Assembly (NCBI GenBank): GCA_951406725.2
Contig: OX597817.1
Location: forward strand, 115,940,001-116,004,000
Length of the DNA: 64,000 nt
From: Octopus vulgaris
Lineage: Eukaryota
Reading direction: 5' to 3'
Shown here one piece after another: positions 36,881 through 51,769 of this stretch. The position numbers were made by a program, and so were the translations under genes. The stretch's first letter is position 1; every line of letters starts with the position of its first letter. The notes beneath the pieces are model-generated. The model made no database searches. It saw nothing but the letters and a program-made list of their open reading frames with translations, and was not told where the DNA came from.

Positions 36881-39800
36881 CATTTATGTGTGCGTGTCTG
36901 CATCAGATTTGGAACTCACTTAAGTTTCGAAGTCCCTTACCCTAACCTTTCATTACTTCCTGTATTTTCTATTTTTACTGAGGAATTACCGCGGATAATT
37001 ACTCTTCTTCTATTGTCGCTACAACTACAAGTTGTTCAGTCATATTCTCCAGAATATTTGCCATAAATTAGATAGGAAACATCTTTTCTTTAAAATTAAA
37101 TTTGTTATATTTAAACTCGACTGCATTCAAGATATATTTTGTAAAATATTATGCGTATTTCCTTTCATTCCTATATGTTTTGTTTGAGACAAGACAATAC
37201 TCTTCCCAAACCAACTAGTCTGATTTTCGACTGTTTGGCCATGTATACTCAAAGGAAGTTTTTACTACGAACATACGCACACACACGCACACACTTAGGC
37301 ACTTATGCGAATATTTTGAAACTTACAATAAATGTTAATAAACACAATAGAGAAAATGAAATCATCATATCTATTTTTCTTGAATTTCAGTCATTCAACA
37401 TACTTTTATTTATTAAACCGATTAACTATTTTTTCTATATGGTGTTATATTTACTAGAATGAATCATAAATCATTCGAATTATAATGTCGGAGTGTAAAA
37501 GAGTAATAAATATATTTTTATTAAAAATATTACGGGTCGAAGGACGAATAAGTGGAAGACATAAATCTTATTTTCTCATCTTTTCTAAATTTGTTTTGAA
37601 ATAAACGGAAATATTGTTAGATGGTGTTATAGGTCTTGTAGATAAATTTAGAAAAATATAAGAACTAAATAAATGTATGTATATGCCTATACTCACTAAG
37701 AATTTATGGGTGATGTCGTACAAGACAGAAGCATCCATTTTTTGCATAATGTACTTCTGTATAATACTTCGTTTCCTTCTTTGAATTGTGTATAGAAACG
37801 ATTGTCCATTTTTAAGAGACGATTTCATACGAAGTTGAATCGATAAACAACCTATTTCGTTCCCCAACCAAAACATATTCATTTCTATTGCACAAGGTCG
37901 TCAACTGCTAAATGGCAACGATAATTACCGTCAGATGCTGCTGACTGATATAAATTATGAATATCAAATTGGATCCATATCTATAAAACAAAAGCCATCT
38001 TCAACGGCTGTCGCATAAAGCAAATGCTCTCCTGGATGGAGGTCTCGTAATCACGCGCATATGTGTAGTATCTAGAGGAATATTTGTGTTATGTATATTA
38101 GCATGCTCTCAAACAATTTACACAACTCGATTGATTCCATTCCCCTGTATGTTACTGTATCTTTCAATCAACACTCAAACACATACGGTCTTGTGTGTTC
38201 ATAGTTTGTTAGACAGACTTTCCAGTCCACCCTGAAATATATGTCACACTGTTCAAACTGTCCCTCACTGATATTGTTTACGACGCCCATACACCCTAAC
38301 TGCGGATCTACATTTCTCACAAAATTTTAGTGTCCGTCTACAGTACCATTAGTAACCTTTAGTTATAATAATTAACACTTTTAACACTATTCTCATAGAA
38401 AAGTTTGTAAATACTTGAAAATATCGCAGCACGAACAACCTTTTGGAGAAGTCATTTTAGTTATAGTCTAGTTAAATTATAAGTTATATGTCCGTTTTTT
38501 TAATTCGTCGTAATAATTTACACTGCTCTTAAAGCTATTTACATTCTTAATGAAATAGATACCTATTTCACTGACATTGCTGCTATATGAAAGCCTATTT
38601 CTCACTTAAGTAAATCATTAGATTGCTTCTAAAGAAACAAGCCAAAGTTAGTTTCCATGAACTCGAACGTATCTTAGCAAAAGCCGCGGTAGAAGAGAGG
38701 TGTTACATCTCGTTTTATTATTTCCCTGGAGTTCAAAATTATTTAAAATCTATAATATACTGAATATCTTGAAAAGTTTTCAACGATAGTGTCTTTCATT
38801 CCACACTTTTGTATAAAAAAGGAACTTTACTATGAGGTAGGTGTCTTTTAGTAATTAATAATAACACCGTTAAAGGTTCCTCCGTGCGGAATTTTACGAC
38901 TCATTGTCATATGATTGGCGTCTGTAAACTTTTCCTTGTCTCTTCATGCAATTCCTTTGAAACTAATATTTCTTGTTTTTGCTAGTGTACTTTTCACCTA
39001 AAATATGTGAGTCTAATTGTAGCCGAAAACTTACGCCTCGTGAAAATATATTTGCGTGTGTTCTTTTTTTTTACTGCGGTTTACATCTGATTTTGTCACA
39101 TTTATTTTCCTCTGATACTTGCATTACCCTAACCATATTTTCTTCCTGCCATTCTCATTTTTATACATATAACTGCCATTGCTGGTCTTGAAGTAAAAAT
39201 TAGAATTATTGCTGTCATGTGAGCATCATTCAGAAGACTCAATTTATACTTATTTTCTTTCTTTCCTAACATCCATATAAGAAAGTTGAATACTGACATT
39301 TTTGTATAACCTCCGTAAAGGGCAGCACTAAGTATCTTAATCGCAATGCTTGCTCAGAAGTTATAACAATATAATAACAAATATTTTCTTCTTCAAAATA
39401 CATAAGTTCTATGACAATTAATCTCCACTTTTTCATCGATGCAATAAATACGCACAATATCTAATGTATATTTATTAGTATATTTTGAAGAAATGAAATA
39501 AATATATAAACACGCTTGGTAGAAGTGCTTTCAAGTTACATTTTCACTCTGATATTCCAGCAATTATAAAAACAACACTAATAGTGTATTTACTTCAGAA
39601 TGGCACAACTCTTCATTAATACATCTGACGTCACATGATTTATGCATAAAAAGAATATTCGTAAAAAATGTAAACAACTGAATTGAAACGTAAAGATATA
39701 GAGATATTTAAAATCGAATTCTTATGTTGTTTGTTACGACTAATCTATAGGTTTCTTTTTCTCCAAAATATCAGAACTTAAATTGTCATTGTATGATATG

Positions 39801-41879
39801 AACACATCAGTTGAAGACGGTTTTTCCCAACGTTTTATTCTTTTAAAGATTTACTCCAATGTTTTTCTTCATCCGTCTAATTTTAAAACAATAGGCAATG
39901 TTTAATTTCAGTGAAACTGTTCTGCATTGTAATTCCGAGATTGAAAAAATCAACTTTAGATGTTTAGATGGAAAATTATCGAATATTTCTTGCTGAATGA
40001 GAAATCTATTGTTTTCAGACACATCATTGTTAAATTTGTTTCCTTCACAAAGATTCATTGTTTGGGAAGGGAATTCAACATACCTTTGAACTTCTAGGAT
40101 TATGGACAATTTTTATCATCAGAAATTATTAGGAATTGTTATATCAGTATACATGTACTATCAGCCATTTTAATATTGTTTCATACGAATACATTTTCCT
40201 TACAAATTAACATGAAAATGATCATACATGTTGTTAGAAAAGTCACGTGAGATTATTTAGTTTAACCCTGTCACACATAAATACTTTACATGTCTTAAAT
40301 ATCGAAACAAATGAGTCGTCTGAAATTATCAATTATATTTGAATAGTGTTAGAGACAAACCGTCTATAAAGAGGTGTATGTCTAATCTTAAATTTATTTA
40401 TCATAGTGGCACATATAGAATAAATCATGAAGGGTGTAGACTATAACAGTAGTGTTTCAATATAGGAAGTACAATAAACAATAATAAATTTTAGGTACTA
40501 CAGAACAGTACAACCTTGGATTCCTCGACAATAGATTCAAGATTGTTTGTAGTCTACCTCCGAGTCAATAAGCTGGATGGAACACATCTATGCAAAAATG
40601 TAGGACAATTCAAAACTTTTAAATAATTATTTGTTACAATGAGACATTTCGGTCTTAAAGATTATAGAGTTTGAGCTTGAAGGTAATTTACCTGCTATTT
40701 TATATAGATTGTTGGAAATATTTTTGACGAAAATCAATTAGTTTTTTGTGTACGTTAACAAATCTTGTCCAGCATACATATCAAGATATTCTAAACATAA
40801 AACTATCTGTGATGCTATCGTTTAACTGTTATATATTATAGATCATTTTGTCTTTGTAATCACAATATTATAGAGACTTCTTTGAATATAAATTTAGCTA
40901 AACATACAGTCACAACATCGTGCGTAATCTATACATAGTTTCATTGTTGCAAAGAGTAATCATGTGAAGAATAAAAACAGTCAATGCAATTTCATTCAAT
41001 TAGGATATTATAAAATTTTGAATTCTGTCAACTCGAACTCAAATGGGAATTGCAAAGAGAACGCAACGTTTCGTATTCTGAATACAAAACAAAAATGCAA
41101 TAAAGCGTAAAAAATAGATGCTTGAAGGAAGATTTTCTGTCCGCACAGGAAGGATGACAAGCTATATATGTAAACACAAACACACACACAGACAAGCACA
41201 CATAAACAAAACAAACACACACCGGTGCGCGCGCGATCACGCGTTCAGGAAAAAACACAAAAGAAAAGAAAGTCCGAAACAATTGAAGGAACAACAAATT
41301 GTATTAGTTTCAAGCGCAAGAGAAATGGGAAAGATGCTTCGAGACTACACTCTTCGACAGTAAGGAATATATACGTGCCTATGTGTGTGTTTGTGTGTGC
41401 ATGTGTATGTAATGATTGTGATAATTTATAACAAATAATACTAATAAAAATAATTATAATAACAATAACATCAATTGGTATAAACCCAAAATAAGGGAAA
41501 TACCTGAATGTACTCCATTCAGTAAAATGTAGCCAAAACTGCTTCAATTAATTTTAATATAAATAAACACTCTAAAACCATGATTCAAATGTAATACCAG
41601 TGGAGGTGACTATAAGACCAGAATTCAATCCGATTTAAATCGTAGCGATATCACATTTAACTGAATAACAATCTTGTTTGAATTAGTTAATTTTGAAAAC
41701 ATCGTAATTGATGGACCTTTGATGAAATTGCGTCGATTAGAATGCATAATTACATACAGAGCAATGTGTAGTTACTGCAGTAGAAACGTATGTTGGCTAT
41801 TTTTATTTATGCTGTGGAACACCTTTCAGTTAAACGTTTTGGGATGTGAATAAATCTCCACTCTCCTCTTGGTTTTCAG

Positions 41880-41880
<1 letters not shown>

Positions 41881-41922
<42 letters not shown>

Positions 41923-41943
41923 TGTGCGTGTGTGTGTTTGCGC

Positions 41944-42010
<67 letters not shown>

Positions 42011-42035
42011 TATATATCCATATATATATATGGAT
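41881..42035. repeat. (TA)n/(TG)n compound microsatellite
   Basis: Seen directly. Confidence 0.93.
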
Positions 42036-42084
42036 ACATGGATCACATGTGTCTGTGTTTGTGCGTGTATATGTTCTTGCGTGT

Positions 42085-44490
42085 CTGAGCTATAGTATCT
42101 TGTCTCATCGGTGGATAATACCATGATGACATTTTGGGACAGTTGTTTATGATGTAGGCAATATCTTCGGCGTTAACTTCACAAAGTCTGCATCGATTAT
42201 CCCATTTTTTTTTTTTGCTTTTCCTGCGCCTCTGTCTCTTTTGTGCATCCGGTATTTGGTTAACATTTTCTGTTCCTTGATTGCAAACGCATACCGTTCA
42301 ATCTGGGTGGTAGTAATCCGGTTGATCAACGTAATCGGGTTGTTGCTTTGATAATTAATGTTACTACCATCCTGGATCTTTCTGCTAACATATTCATGCA
42401 TGATTTCTGCTGACATATGCTCATCCCTTCATTGATGGTATGTTGCGGTAGAGTCGTCCGACTTCTTTGGGCATGTATTTAGGTTTATCAGACAAGGAAT
42501 CTCCTCAAGGATCTGCTTTCCAAATCTCATGTTGTTATCAGACTCATGTATGCTAACCTTGTCATGGGATATACTTCCACACTTGGTGGCTAAACGTTGT
42601 TCCCGAAGGGATATGATACGATATCCAAACGCAGTCTGGATTGACATTAAGACTCTGCCCCTTGTATTCGTTTTAGGTACGGCAGTCTACGTCACTGTTT
42701 ATGTGAAAATTATCTTAGCTGGTTAGTATCTTCCGGGTTTTCACATCAATAGCTTGGATCTCCTCAAGCATCCGATCAAGCAGCCCATATGTTGATATGA
42801 ATACTGGCACTACAAGCACATTGCAGGTCAGTGTTTCATTGAATGCAGAGAGTTCTGTAGTTCAAGTTTTCTTTATTCGTTAGTAAAATTCTTTAGTGAA
42901 ACGTGTCTTGTTACTGGTGCCATCGTAATCTATGTTTTCAATCACTCCTGGTTACCTTTAAGATTTATCATCAAAAATGGGGGAAACAGTTACATTATTG
43001 ATGGAGAATCTTGCTATCTGGTTTACCGTTTCCCTTTTTCACAAACATATAGCAACATTTATCCTGACCAAACTCCAGTCCTATATCTTTTGAGAATGTT
43101 GTAACCAGGTCAAAGCCTCTTTTTTTCATTTAATGCAAATTCTTTCCTTATAGTTTCAAGTCAACCAAATAGAGACTGTGCAATTTTGGTATTTCTGTTA
43201 CCTTGTGAACCGGTGAGATACTCGTCAGATTTCGTCAACATGAATAACAAATGGTTTACAGAGAATACATACTGCATCAGAGAGTGGTTGTCCCTTTGGA
43301 ATATACCTCTACGATTCTGTATTCTATCAGTGATAAACAATCACACGTTGCATTTAATTTCCACAATGAAGTCAGGTATTTATTTTTCACGATGAAGTCA
43401 GGTGAGTTATGGCTTTGACAATGCTTAATGGAAATTTAGCGAGACGAAGGGCTTCTAGCATCCATGAGAGGGGGACATAGTGAAAGGCTTTCTTGCAGTC
43501 CAGCCACATTGAAACTATGTTCCTCCTATGCTCTTGCACCACTACCTTACAGTTTTGTTTATTAGTGATTGCTTGACACATCCCCGCACTTACTTCTTCT
43601 CAGCTGCCTGTTCTGTTGTGAGGGTATTATTATTTTCCGATTGGTCTTGAAGAAAAAAGGTTTTAACATGTATGTATTTTCTACTTTAAGTTCTGACTTG
43701 CTGTTGGCCAGTAATTGTTTGGTATGTAGGTGGTTCTGCTTTTGGAAATCAGTTTCCTCTCTGCTAGAGCTAACCAGTGTGGTATGTTACTATTTCCACT
43801 ACAAGCTTGCTGGTATATGTTGGTAAGTTATGGCTTCTTGTACCAGTATCCAACAATCAAGTGTTTTCCATATGCGTTTCCATTCTCAAGATTCTGGATT
43901 ATAGTTACAAGGTGTCACCATCAATGCTATAGATCTTCGGTGTATGCAGGGGCAATAACTTCTTCGAAATTCTTCCAAACACAGAGCATCTCGGTTAAAC
44001 TCCATCTCTTCACTCTATAATTTCTACCAAAAGAAATCTATGTCTCCTCGTGAATGAGCTTCTATGATGTTTTCTGTTTCTTCTCTCATGTCTTTGTACA
44101 CTGCTACCTAGTTCCGGTTGAATTTTTTGTTTACTTTTTTTCCGGTCATTCTTTTCTGATGTCAGAGTTTTCCACTGACAGCTTTTAGCTCTTTCTTGGG
44201 GATGATTAGTTTGAATAAGTGTTCAATTTTGCTATCTCCAAACATCACTTCTATCTCTTTCGCCTTTCGTTGGCGAGATAAAGTGATTTGCTTGTTTGCA
44301 AGCAATAAGCATCGTCGCATGACTGATGGTCTTCCGTAAATAAGCAAGCTTTTCTCTGTCTTCAAAACCCATGATGGCACCTTCTTCGTTGTTTCGGATT
44401 AATTTGCTTTTTGTATGTCGTTCACGTATTGTTTTGCGGCAATAGACAAGGCACATACTCAAGCGTTAATCTGCCTGAGTAAAGGTTCAT
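42085..44490 (-). mobile_element. R4/Dong-like RLE non-LTR retrotransposon, decayed internal fragment (RT to zinc knuckle)
   Basis: RRNIVSMWLDCKKAFHYVPLSWMLEALRL (RT motif W.DY.KAFD.VPHSW), GRVLMSI, YAFAIKEQ and [27 protein letters not shown] (CCHC-like plus RHD), with many stops. Confidence 0.85.
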
Positions 44491-44503
44491 TACAGTGATG
44501 TAA

Positions 44504-44712
44504 ATGTATGTATGTATGTATGTATGTATGTATGTATGTATGTATGTATGTATGTATGTATGTATGTATGTATCTATGTCTGTGTACGTGTATATATATA
44601 TGTGCGTGTGTGTGTGTGTGTATATATGTATGTATATATATATATGTATCTATATATATATATATGTATATATATATTATTATGTATATGTACATATATA
44701 TATATACATACA

Positions 44713-44745
<33 letters not shown>
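44504..44745. repeat. (TATG)n ... (CATA)n compound microsatellite with self-complementary ends
   Basis: TATG run at 44504-44573 and its complement CATA run at ~44706-44740. Confidence 0.93.
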
Positions 44746-45747
44746 GATGAGTGGGGATGGAAGCGTGATAATTAGTACTCTTTAGCATGGAAACCATCAT
44801 CTTTTATTATATAGTATTACACATTTAGAAGTGATTTATTTCTCCCTTTTAACTTATAAATAATTGACAGACATTTGGGAATCTGTTTATTTGCAATTCA
44901 GGAAGAAAAAGAGGTTACTTTGGGGCAAGAATGATAAATTATAGCAAAAACGTCAAAGAAGCTACATCAATACAATGATATGAATAAAATATAAAAGCAT
45001 AACATTCTACCAATTTTGGTATCAAATTCTATTTTAGTTTACATATTTTGGGGATTGGCATGCCGTACTATATCGAGCCCCACTCCACATTCCAACTAAC
45101 TGAATGATACTTATTTTCTCAACCTCTAAAATCCAAAGTCATCCGAAGCAAATGTAATTAGTAGTCTCTATATAATATATAACATCCCAAGATGTCTGAC
45201 ATCCATAGCATTACATTACGTCTAAGTGTGTACCGTGGCTGTTATTTCAGAGGTGTGAGCAAATAATAAAATAACGAAATGATAAAAGACCGGATGGTTT
45301 TCAGTTAATGTAGTTGCATTTCGGGGACGTGTTATTTATTATAACCCGAAATTCACCAATTTATAACAATAAAATACGTAACGTCTGACAAATAATTCTT
45401 GTGTCATATCTGAGATACATCCTAAGATATCCTAAGATGCAAACTTTCGCCCCATAATACTAAATTTTGGGGAAACGTTATATCTATTTATTTTTCTGTA
45501 ATAGTCTGCTGTTCTTTGAATGTCTTAGTTCATATCCGAAAAGCTAATAATGTATATGTGCGTGCCTTTGTGTATGTGTACGTGGGTGTGCCTGTATATA
45601 AGATGTGTGTCTGTGTGTATAAGAGGTTTGAACAATGTTTATATACACATACCAGTTGTCGGGGACCGGATCTTTTCTGTTTCGCTGCCACTTTTCAGTT
45701 TCTTTGATTCCAGTTGATTTCATATGGGGCCGATTGGGGCAGTTTTG

Positions 45748-46580
45748 TAAGGGGATCATTGACATGAAATTTATTTTCGCCATAAATCCATAAATAAAGA
45801 GTCATAGTTTTTAAAGTGTGCAAATTTGGGGTAATTTTTATCAATCGAAAGCCACAGTCCTGTTTCCATAGTAACAAGGCAAGCTGATAACAAGCTGTTT
45901 ACCTCTCTATTTTGGTCCTGTCAAGCTACGTGGTCATTTTTCGCTTATTCAATGCGTAAAACACGATGTATGAGTTGATCGTGAGATATGCTAAAAATAA
46001 CAGCTAAAACACGCACCAACATTGTTTTTGTGGGTTTTTTACAGCATAAGCGTAATAATTACCGTGTGTTGAATACAAATTCACAAAAAATTTCTAATAT
46101 ATCAAAATAGAAAACAAAGCTATGTGGTGATACATGTCTTGCGTAAAGTAGAATTCCGCTTGTATTTCATTTGTTTAGAGCTGACAGCACGTGCTGTCAT
46201 TTTGTGCGTGAGATCTTCCAAATCTTCTTTTTGCGACTGGATAAAAATGATCAAACTTTTTTCTGGAGAAAGTTAAATATCCCATGAGATTCAGCATGTA
46301 AAATTACATTAAAGGATCTAGTTAAATTCATTCACAGAATCTGCATTTTAAAAAGGAAGTAAAAAATCTGAAAATCAGTTATATTGACGCAGTTTTCCAC
46401 TCTTATTCCTGTGAAGCCATGTTCTTGTAAAGAAAAAATCTGACGGAAAAGTTACAGACGTTTAAAAATCCATAAAATGTATATTTTTAACCAACAGAAA
46501 TTTTCTGCGTTGTAGCGGTGTCAACTTTAAGGTTGTAATCTGTGAAATTTATAGTTTATCGTCTGTGAAATGACCTGTTA
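45748..46580. mobile_element. Old non-autonomous DNA-transposon-like repeat (possibly Kolobok-like termini), related to 58790-59715
   Basis: Weak terminal inversion taaggggatcattgaca / tgtgaaatgacctgtta. Shares blocks with the 59 kb repeat: cctgtttccatagtaacaag, tgacagcacgtgctgtcat vs tgataacatgtgttgtcat, and aaaatgat(c/ag)aacttt. Confidence 0.45.
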
Positions 46581-46839
46581 CCTAATAATGTCAACATGTA
46601 TCATCTTACTGTTTCTTTTGTCCTTCCATTGAATTCTATAGTTTTTTGTATGTAATTATTATCTTTTTAAATTTGTTATAATAATATATTTGTCTGCAGG
46701 TGTTTACTTTATGCGCATTTCATTATTATGTATACCTGTCATGTATTTGTGTACATCATTAATATATATGTGCATGTGATGTGTTCTGTGGTATACTCAG
46801 CCAGTTATATGCTAATGTAATGTGTAACCATAAGACTAC

Positions 46840-46958
46840 AAGTTGACAAAATCATTAGCACACTGGGTAAAATGCTTTACATTCTGAGTTCAAATTTCAC
46901 CTAGGTTGACTTTGCCTTTGATTCTTTGAGGGTTGATAAAATAAATACAAGTTGAATG
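46840..46958 (+). mobile_element. Partial tRNA-derived SINE (same family as 12545)
   Basis: attagcacactgggtaaaatgc..ttctgagttcaaatt..ggttgactttgcctttgattctttgagggttgataaaataa. Confidence 0.75.
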
Positions 46959-48148
46959 TGTAGTCATTTGATCATACAACTGGAATGCTCATCCTAGAAA
47001 CAGATGAAGATCCATTTCTTTTAGTTCTTGTTTACTTATACACATCAGCAAATGAGCCAATGAGGTAATCTCCGTGCGGTTGTTCAATTTGCTAGAAATA
47101 ACAGCCAAATCTCCCTCACACTATGCTTTAATATTTATTAAATTAAAGACACATTAAATAATGATGTGCTATATCTTCAATAAAAATACAGAATGGCTCA
47201 TTTTGGCCTGACCTGGATTTAAACTGACAGGCATTTATTTGTTGCAACCATTGCGAGTGTACCGCCAATACAACTTCCCATGAATCACTTTCTTATGCAT
47301 GTTGTGCCTTTGCAAATAATTTACTGTATCCACCTGTGTTTTCAAAATCTCCTTCAGAGTTTTCAAAATCTACCCATAATTAAATGGTATGTGGATAAAA
47401 CAAACAAACACATAAGAGTTAATAAAAAAAGCTTCACCAAATATATGTAAAATATATATGAAAAATATGTAAAATATTAAGACAATTCACGTAAAATACC
47501 TACAATAAAATTCTAATTGGTAAATATAAATTTTTATTAAAACAGAACACGCGGGTGAAGTGAATCTCGTGGTGTGAAAACTCAACACAACGTGCAGGTG
47601 AAATTGGCTAAAATTACACAAATGCCCCAACTTTAATTCCAAATAACATCAGATTCTTTAATTTACGACATAAAGTAATTAGTTGAGCGAAATCAAAATT
47701 CAGAATTGCATCGATACACCAAAATAGAAAACAATCTGAGCAAAATTAAAGGGGATTAATTTTGTAAATGAATTCAATTAAATCCCATCAATAGACCAAA
47801 TTTGAAAATTTTCACTAAACTTTAAAATTTCCGCAGGTGCTGCCAAACAGAAATAAATCCCAAATGGGGACATAGCATTAGAGCTTGCACAATTAAAAAG
47901 CAGGATCGGGATTCGTTAAAATATTACCAGCGTCATAAAAAAAAATCTGACCATTCAAGAATTTGTGTTGAACCGGATCTAATAACAATGCCTTATTTGG
48001 TGTGAATTTTCTCACCAGTTAGCTTCTACCAGAGACAGTAGACAGCAGTCAACAAACAGCCGTGAGCAGACAGTAGCAGCGAACCAGCAGCAGCAGACCA
48101 CTGCTGTCACAAAACAAAAAGAATGAACGGCGGCTACAACAACTCACT

Positions 48149-48325
48149 ATCGTTAGCACACCGGGCAAAATGCTAAGCGATTTTTCGCCCGTAGCTATGC
48201 TCTGAGTTCAACTTTGCCTTTCATTCTTTCGTGGTCGATAAATTTAGTACCAGTGAAACACTGAGGTCGATGCAATCGACTTAATTTCCTTCCCCAAGCT
48301 GCCCCTGTGGCAAAAATTTGGAATC
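48149..48325 (+). mobile_element. tRNA-derived SINE (same family as 12545)
   Basis: cgttagcacaccgggcaaaatgc..ctgagttcaactttgcctttcattctttcgtggtcgataaatttagtaccag..ggtcgatgcaatcgactt..aaatttggaa. Confidence 0.85.
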
Positions 48326-51300
48326 ATGAAATCAACTAACACTAAGAAACTCACGACAGCGAATACTATCACACGTAGTTTAACAACAATGAAGCTCGAA
48401 ATAGCCCGGTATTTGTCATCGGATGTAACAACAACAATTTTGTTAACGATATAAATAAATACTTTTTAATCAAAAATCTCAAAGCGATTTCTGTGTTCTT
48501 TATTGATTTATGGCAAGAATTACAGAAGACTCCGTGATAATAGTCGTATATACATGTAGAATGTAGAATGATTGTGAAAATGATGTGTGAAATATGGTTT
48601 CAGAATTCCTTCACTATCACGCGTGAAATAGGATTTCACTGTGGAACCAAGAAGAGCATTAGATTAGTGATGAGTGTTAAATATTAATGTTACTTAATTG
48701 AAATCATTTTGAAGACTTTTTGTCAAAGCCTTGTAAAATATCTCGTTATAAGTTCAATCTCCACACATTCTTCATTACATTTTTTTTTCCGCAAATCTGA
48801 TTTATGGATCTTGAACAATCTCTCTCCAGGTAAAATAGGATTAGACTATTTCTGCTTGATACCTACGCGATCGGATATTTTGGAATTATTTTCATCGAAT
48901 CCATCTTTATGATTACAAGGATAGCTATTACCCAATTTATTCTTCGCATACCTTGCAAAAGGAACGCCTTAAATTAGATTTAGGAATTCTAATCAAGGCA
49001 ACTTTTCAGTTATTTGCAAGGATGGAAACTGTAGAATATTTTAGAAAATATTTAGATCTGTGGGCAATAAAAAAGTTTTCAAATGCTATCTCTTACTTCA
49101 TTTGTGTAATGACGATATTCCGGAACAAAGAGAGATACAAAGAATGTAAATATGCTTATTAAAAATAATTCAAATCTTCATTGAATAGGCTAAAGCAACA
49201 TATTGGAAAGATAGATTGCTATCTACGATTGCTATCTACAATCACTCATACTAATGCGTGGTCGACCATATATACAGATACAGACATATAATTTACTGAT
49301 ACTCGCACTGAAGCAAGTAACCCATATCTCTATATCTGGCTATTCTAATAATCTAGAATATTTAACTCTAGATCATTTACGGGCTTATGAAAGCCTTCAA
49401 ATTTTAACACAATTAGTGCCCTCATAGTAAGGTAACTCCTGTAGAGGAACACTGGTCATACCATCACATAACACAGCTTTACATTTTGTGCAGCTATCGT
49501 TCATAGAGTCATATATTCTCATAGCATATGGTGTCATGACAACTGGCTTTGTGACAATTTTCAATCAACCAAGCCTAGAAAGTTAGGCAAAAATCTTTCC
49601 ATATAAATTGACGAATTTTCTAACTTTGGCATGCAAGAGAACAACAGAAAAGGTTTAAGCGATTTCTTTTTAGATTACTTTCGAAAATCATGAAATTATG
49701 AAACAAGTTAAATGCAAACAATAAAAAAATATAAGCATACTTATAAATTCAAGCTGTATTTCCAAAAAGATTTCATATAACTACACACACACACACACAC
49801 ATACACACACACACACACACAAACACACACAGACACATATTTGTGAATGGAAATGCTTTTTAGTCAGCAGGCAAAATCTTGCTTTACCAGATGTGTTAGA
49901 GGTTTGAATAGATATTTCTTTAAAGTTACTGTACAAACGATAGGGCTTATCTAAATTCAGAATGAGTGGACATCGTAAACAATAGTAATTAACTTCAATG
50001 AAACTAGGTTTATTTCTTGCTTTCCAACGAACAACTGCTAGTCGATGTTTCTTCGAAAACCTCGGTACCAATACAGGCGATGGAAATAGGGGACAAATTG
50101 TTGAAGAATAATTCCGGAGCACTTCAAAATATATATTGTAGTTCATGGCACCATTTTCCCACTCCTAGTTCAAGAACATTTCAGATTCTTAATTAAGGAT
50201 TAATCAATGCATATTATTGGTGTAACATATATAGTAATCGATAGGATGTATGAAACATGACATGACAAAGTATTATTCTGTCCTACTTTTTATGAATCGA
50301 TTGCATACTTTTAACAAAATTTCGTTGTTCACTACGTTCGCTAATTATGCAAGGGGGAAATCAAACTATTGAAACTGTTCTAAGATTGAAATTAAAACAA
50401 TGTTACAAAAGTCTTAATATTTCGCAAACGTTCCTCAAGGGATCAGTTTATTTATACGGAAAATAGTTCATTGAGTTAGTAATAAAAAGGGAAAGAAATA
50501 AAAGAAAATTACACCGATGCCAAGGGAAACTACAGTCAAGTTATCAATAAATTTGTGCAAATTTACGGGCATCTACGTGCTTCTGGAAAATATATCCTAC
50601 ATTAAGGAAAAATCTGATTCACGTTATTAGATTTATTCATTTACAAACTTCACGCAGATTGCGTTATGAGGAGAAATAAACAACTGTGTTTTTAAGATTA
50701 GAAATGCAGTAGTAACAGATTGCAAGTGATACTTTTGATTTTTTTTGGCGAGTAAGATCAGTAGAATACTTCGCAATAATACTTGTAGAACTAATGCGAT
50801 ACAGTGAATGTTTTTCTATATTAGTTGAATGGTAACATGTATGGGTGAAATGTTTAATATATATATGCATAATTACATCCAGTGGATTTGTTGATTTATG
50901 TCAAATAGATATATTCCGTGTAGGACGGATTCAGCTATGATTCGTCTCCATCTTTTTGGTGTTTTACCACGCTTCTTTCGCAAAGGAGGATATTATATTA
51001 GACATGCAAAAATGTTTATTTTTTCTAAAATTCTTGCACTGTTAAGTATATAAAAAATACTGCAGATCCGGTGTAGGACAGCTTCACGTATGATTCGTCT
51101 CCATCTTTATTCGTCTCATCCATTTCGTCACAGACATTATCAGCAATTTTCTAATTTTCTTATCAATACCCCACAGTTAATGGATGCTGAACAGGAGTTG
51201 AAAGCTGTCATGACATTTTTGCAGTACAAGTAAAGTTTTTGATAATTCTTTGACACATCTAAAGCATTCATTTTGCAGTGTGTCTCCCATTATATTTTGG

Positions 51301-51769
51301 CTTTTATGTTTTGGGTTTCCAATAATCTGAAATACGTGCAACCAAATTCCTTACCAATTTGTTTCAAAATTGCTTTTCTTCATAGTAATGGTGGGGGACA
51401 TTTAATGCAGTACTCCATTCTTACATTCGCATTGATTATTCAAATGCTATTCACTAAAGTGTGAAGTTGTTTTCGTTCTTACCAAAGAATTTTAGCTCAT
51501 CAATAAATAATAGATAGTTGATTTTCGTCACCTTTTTCCTAAATCGTATATATTCCTTTTATGTTTCGTACGATGTTACTTATAGAAGTAAGCTTCATTA
51601 CAAATAATAATTAACTTTCCCTTTCGATATGAATTCATTGTCCTAGTAATCTGATCAAATACTCCAGGTCTGTCTCATTTTCCGTATGAAGAGCTGTTTT
51701 ATTTTAAATTTTATTTTGGTCAACTCATAGGCAGGCCTGGATTTTCTCAAATGGATTAACGCAATTACA

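Noticed and set aside
37690-38020. Short frames resembling cadherin (QPISFPNQNIFISI) or Ig (SDGNYRC) motifs
   Set aside because: Motif spacing is non-canonical, frames close within ~60 codons, and there is no consistent exon structure.
39843-40109. 88 aa minus ORF with EFPSQTMNL, vaguely protocadherin-like
   Set aside because: No diagnostic motif; the length is within chance for a 64 kb window.
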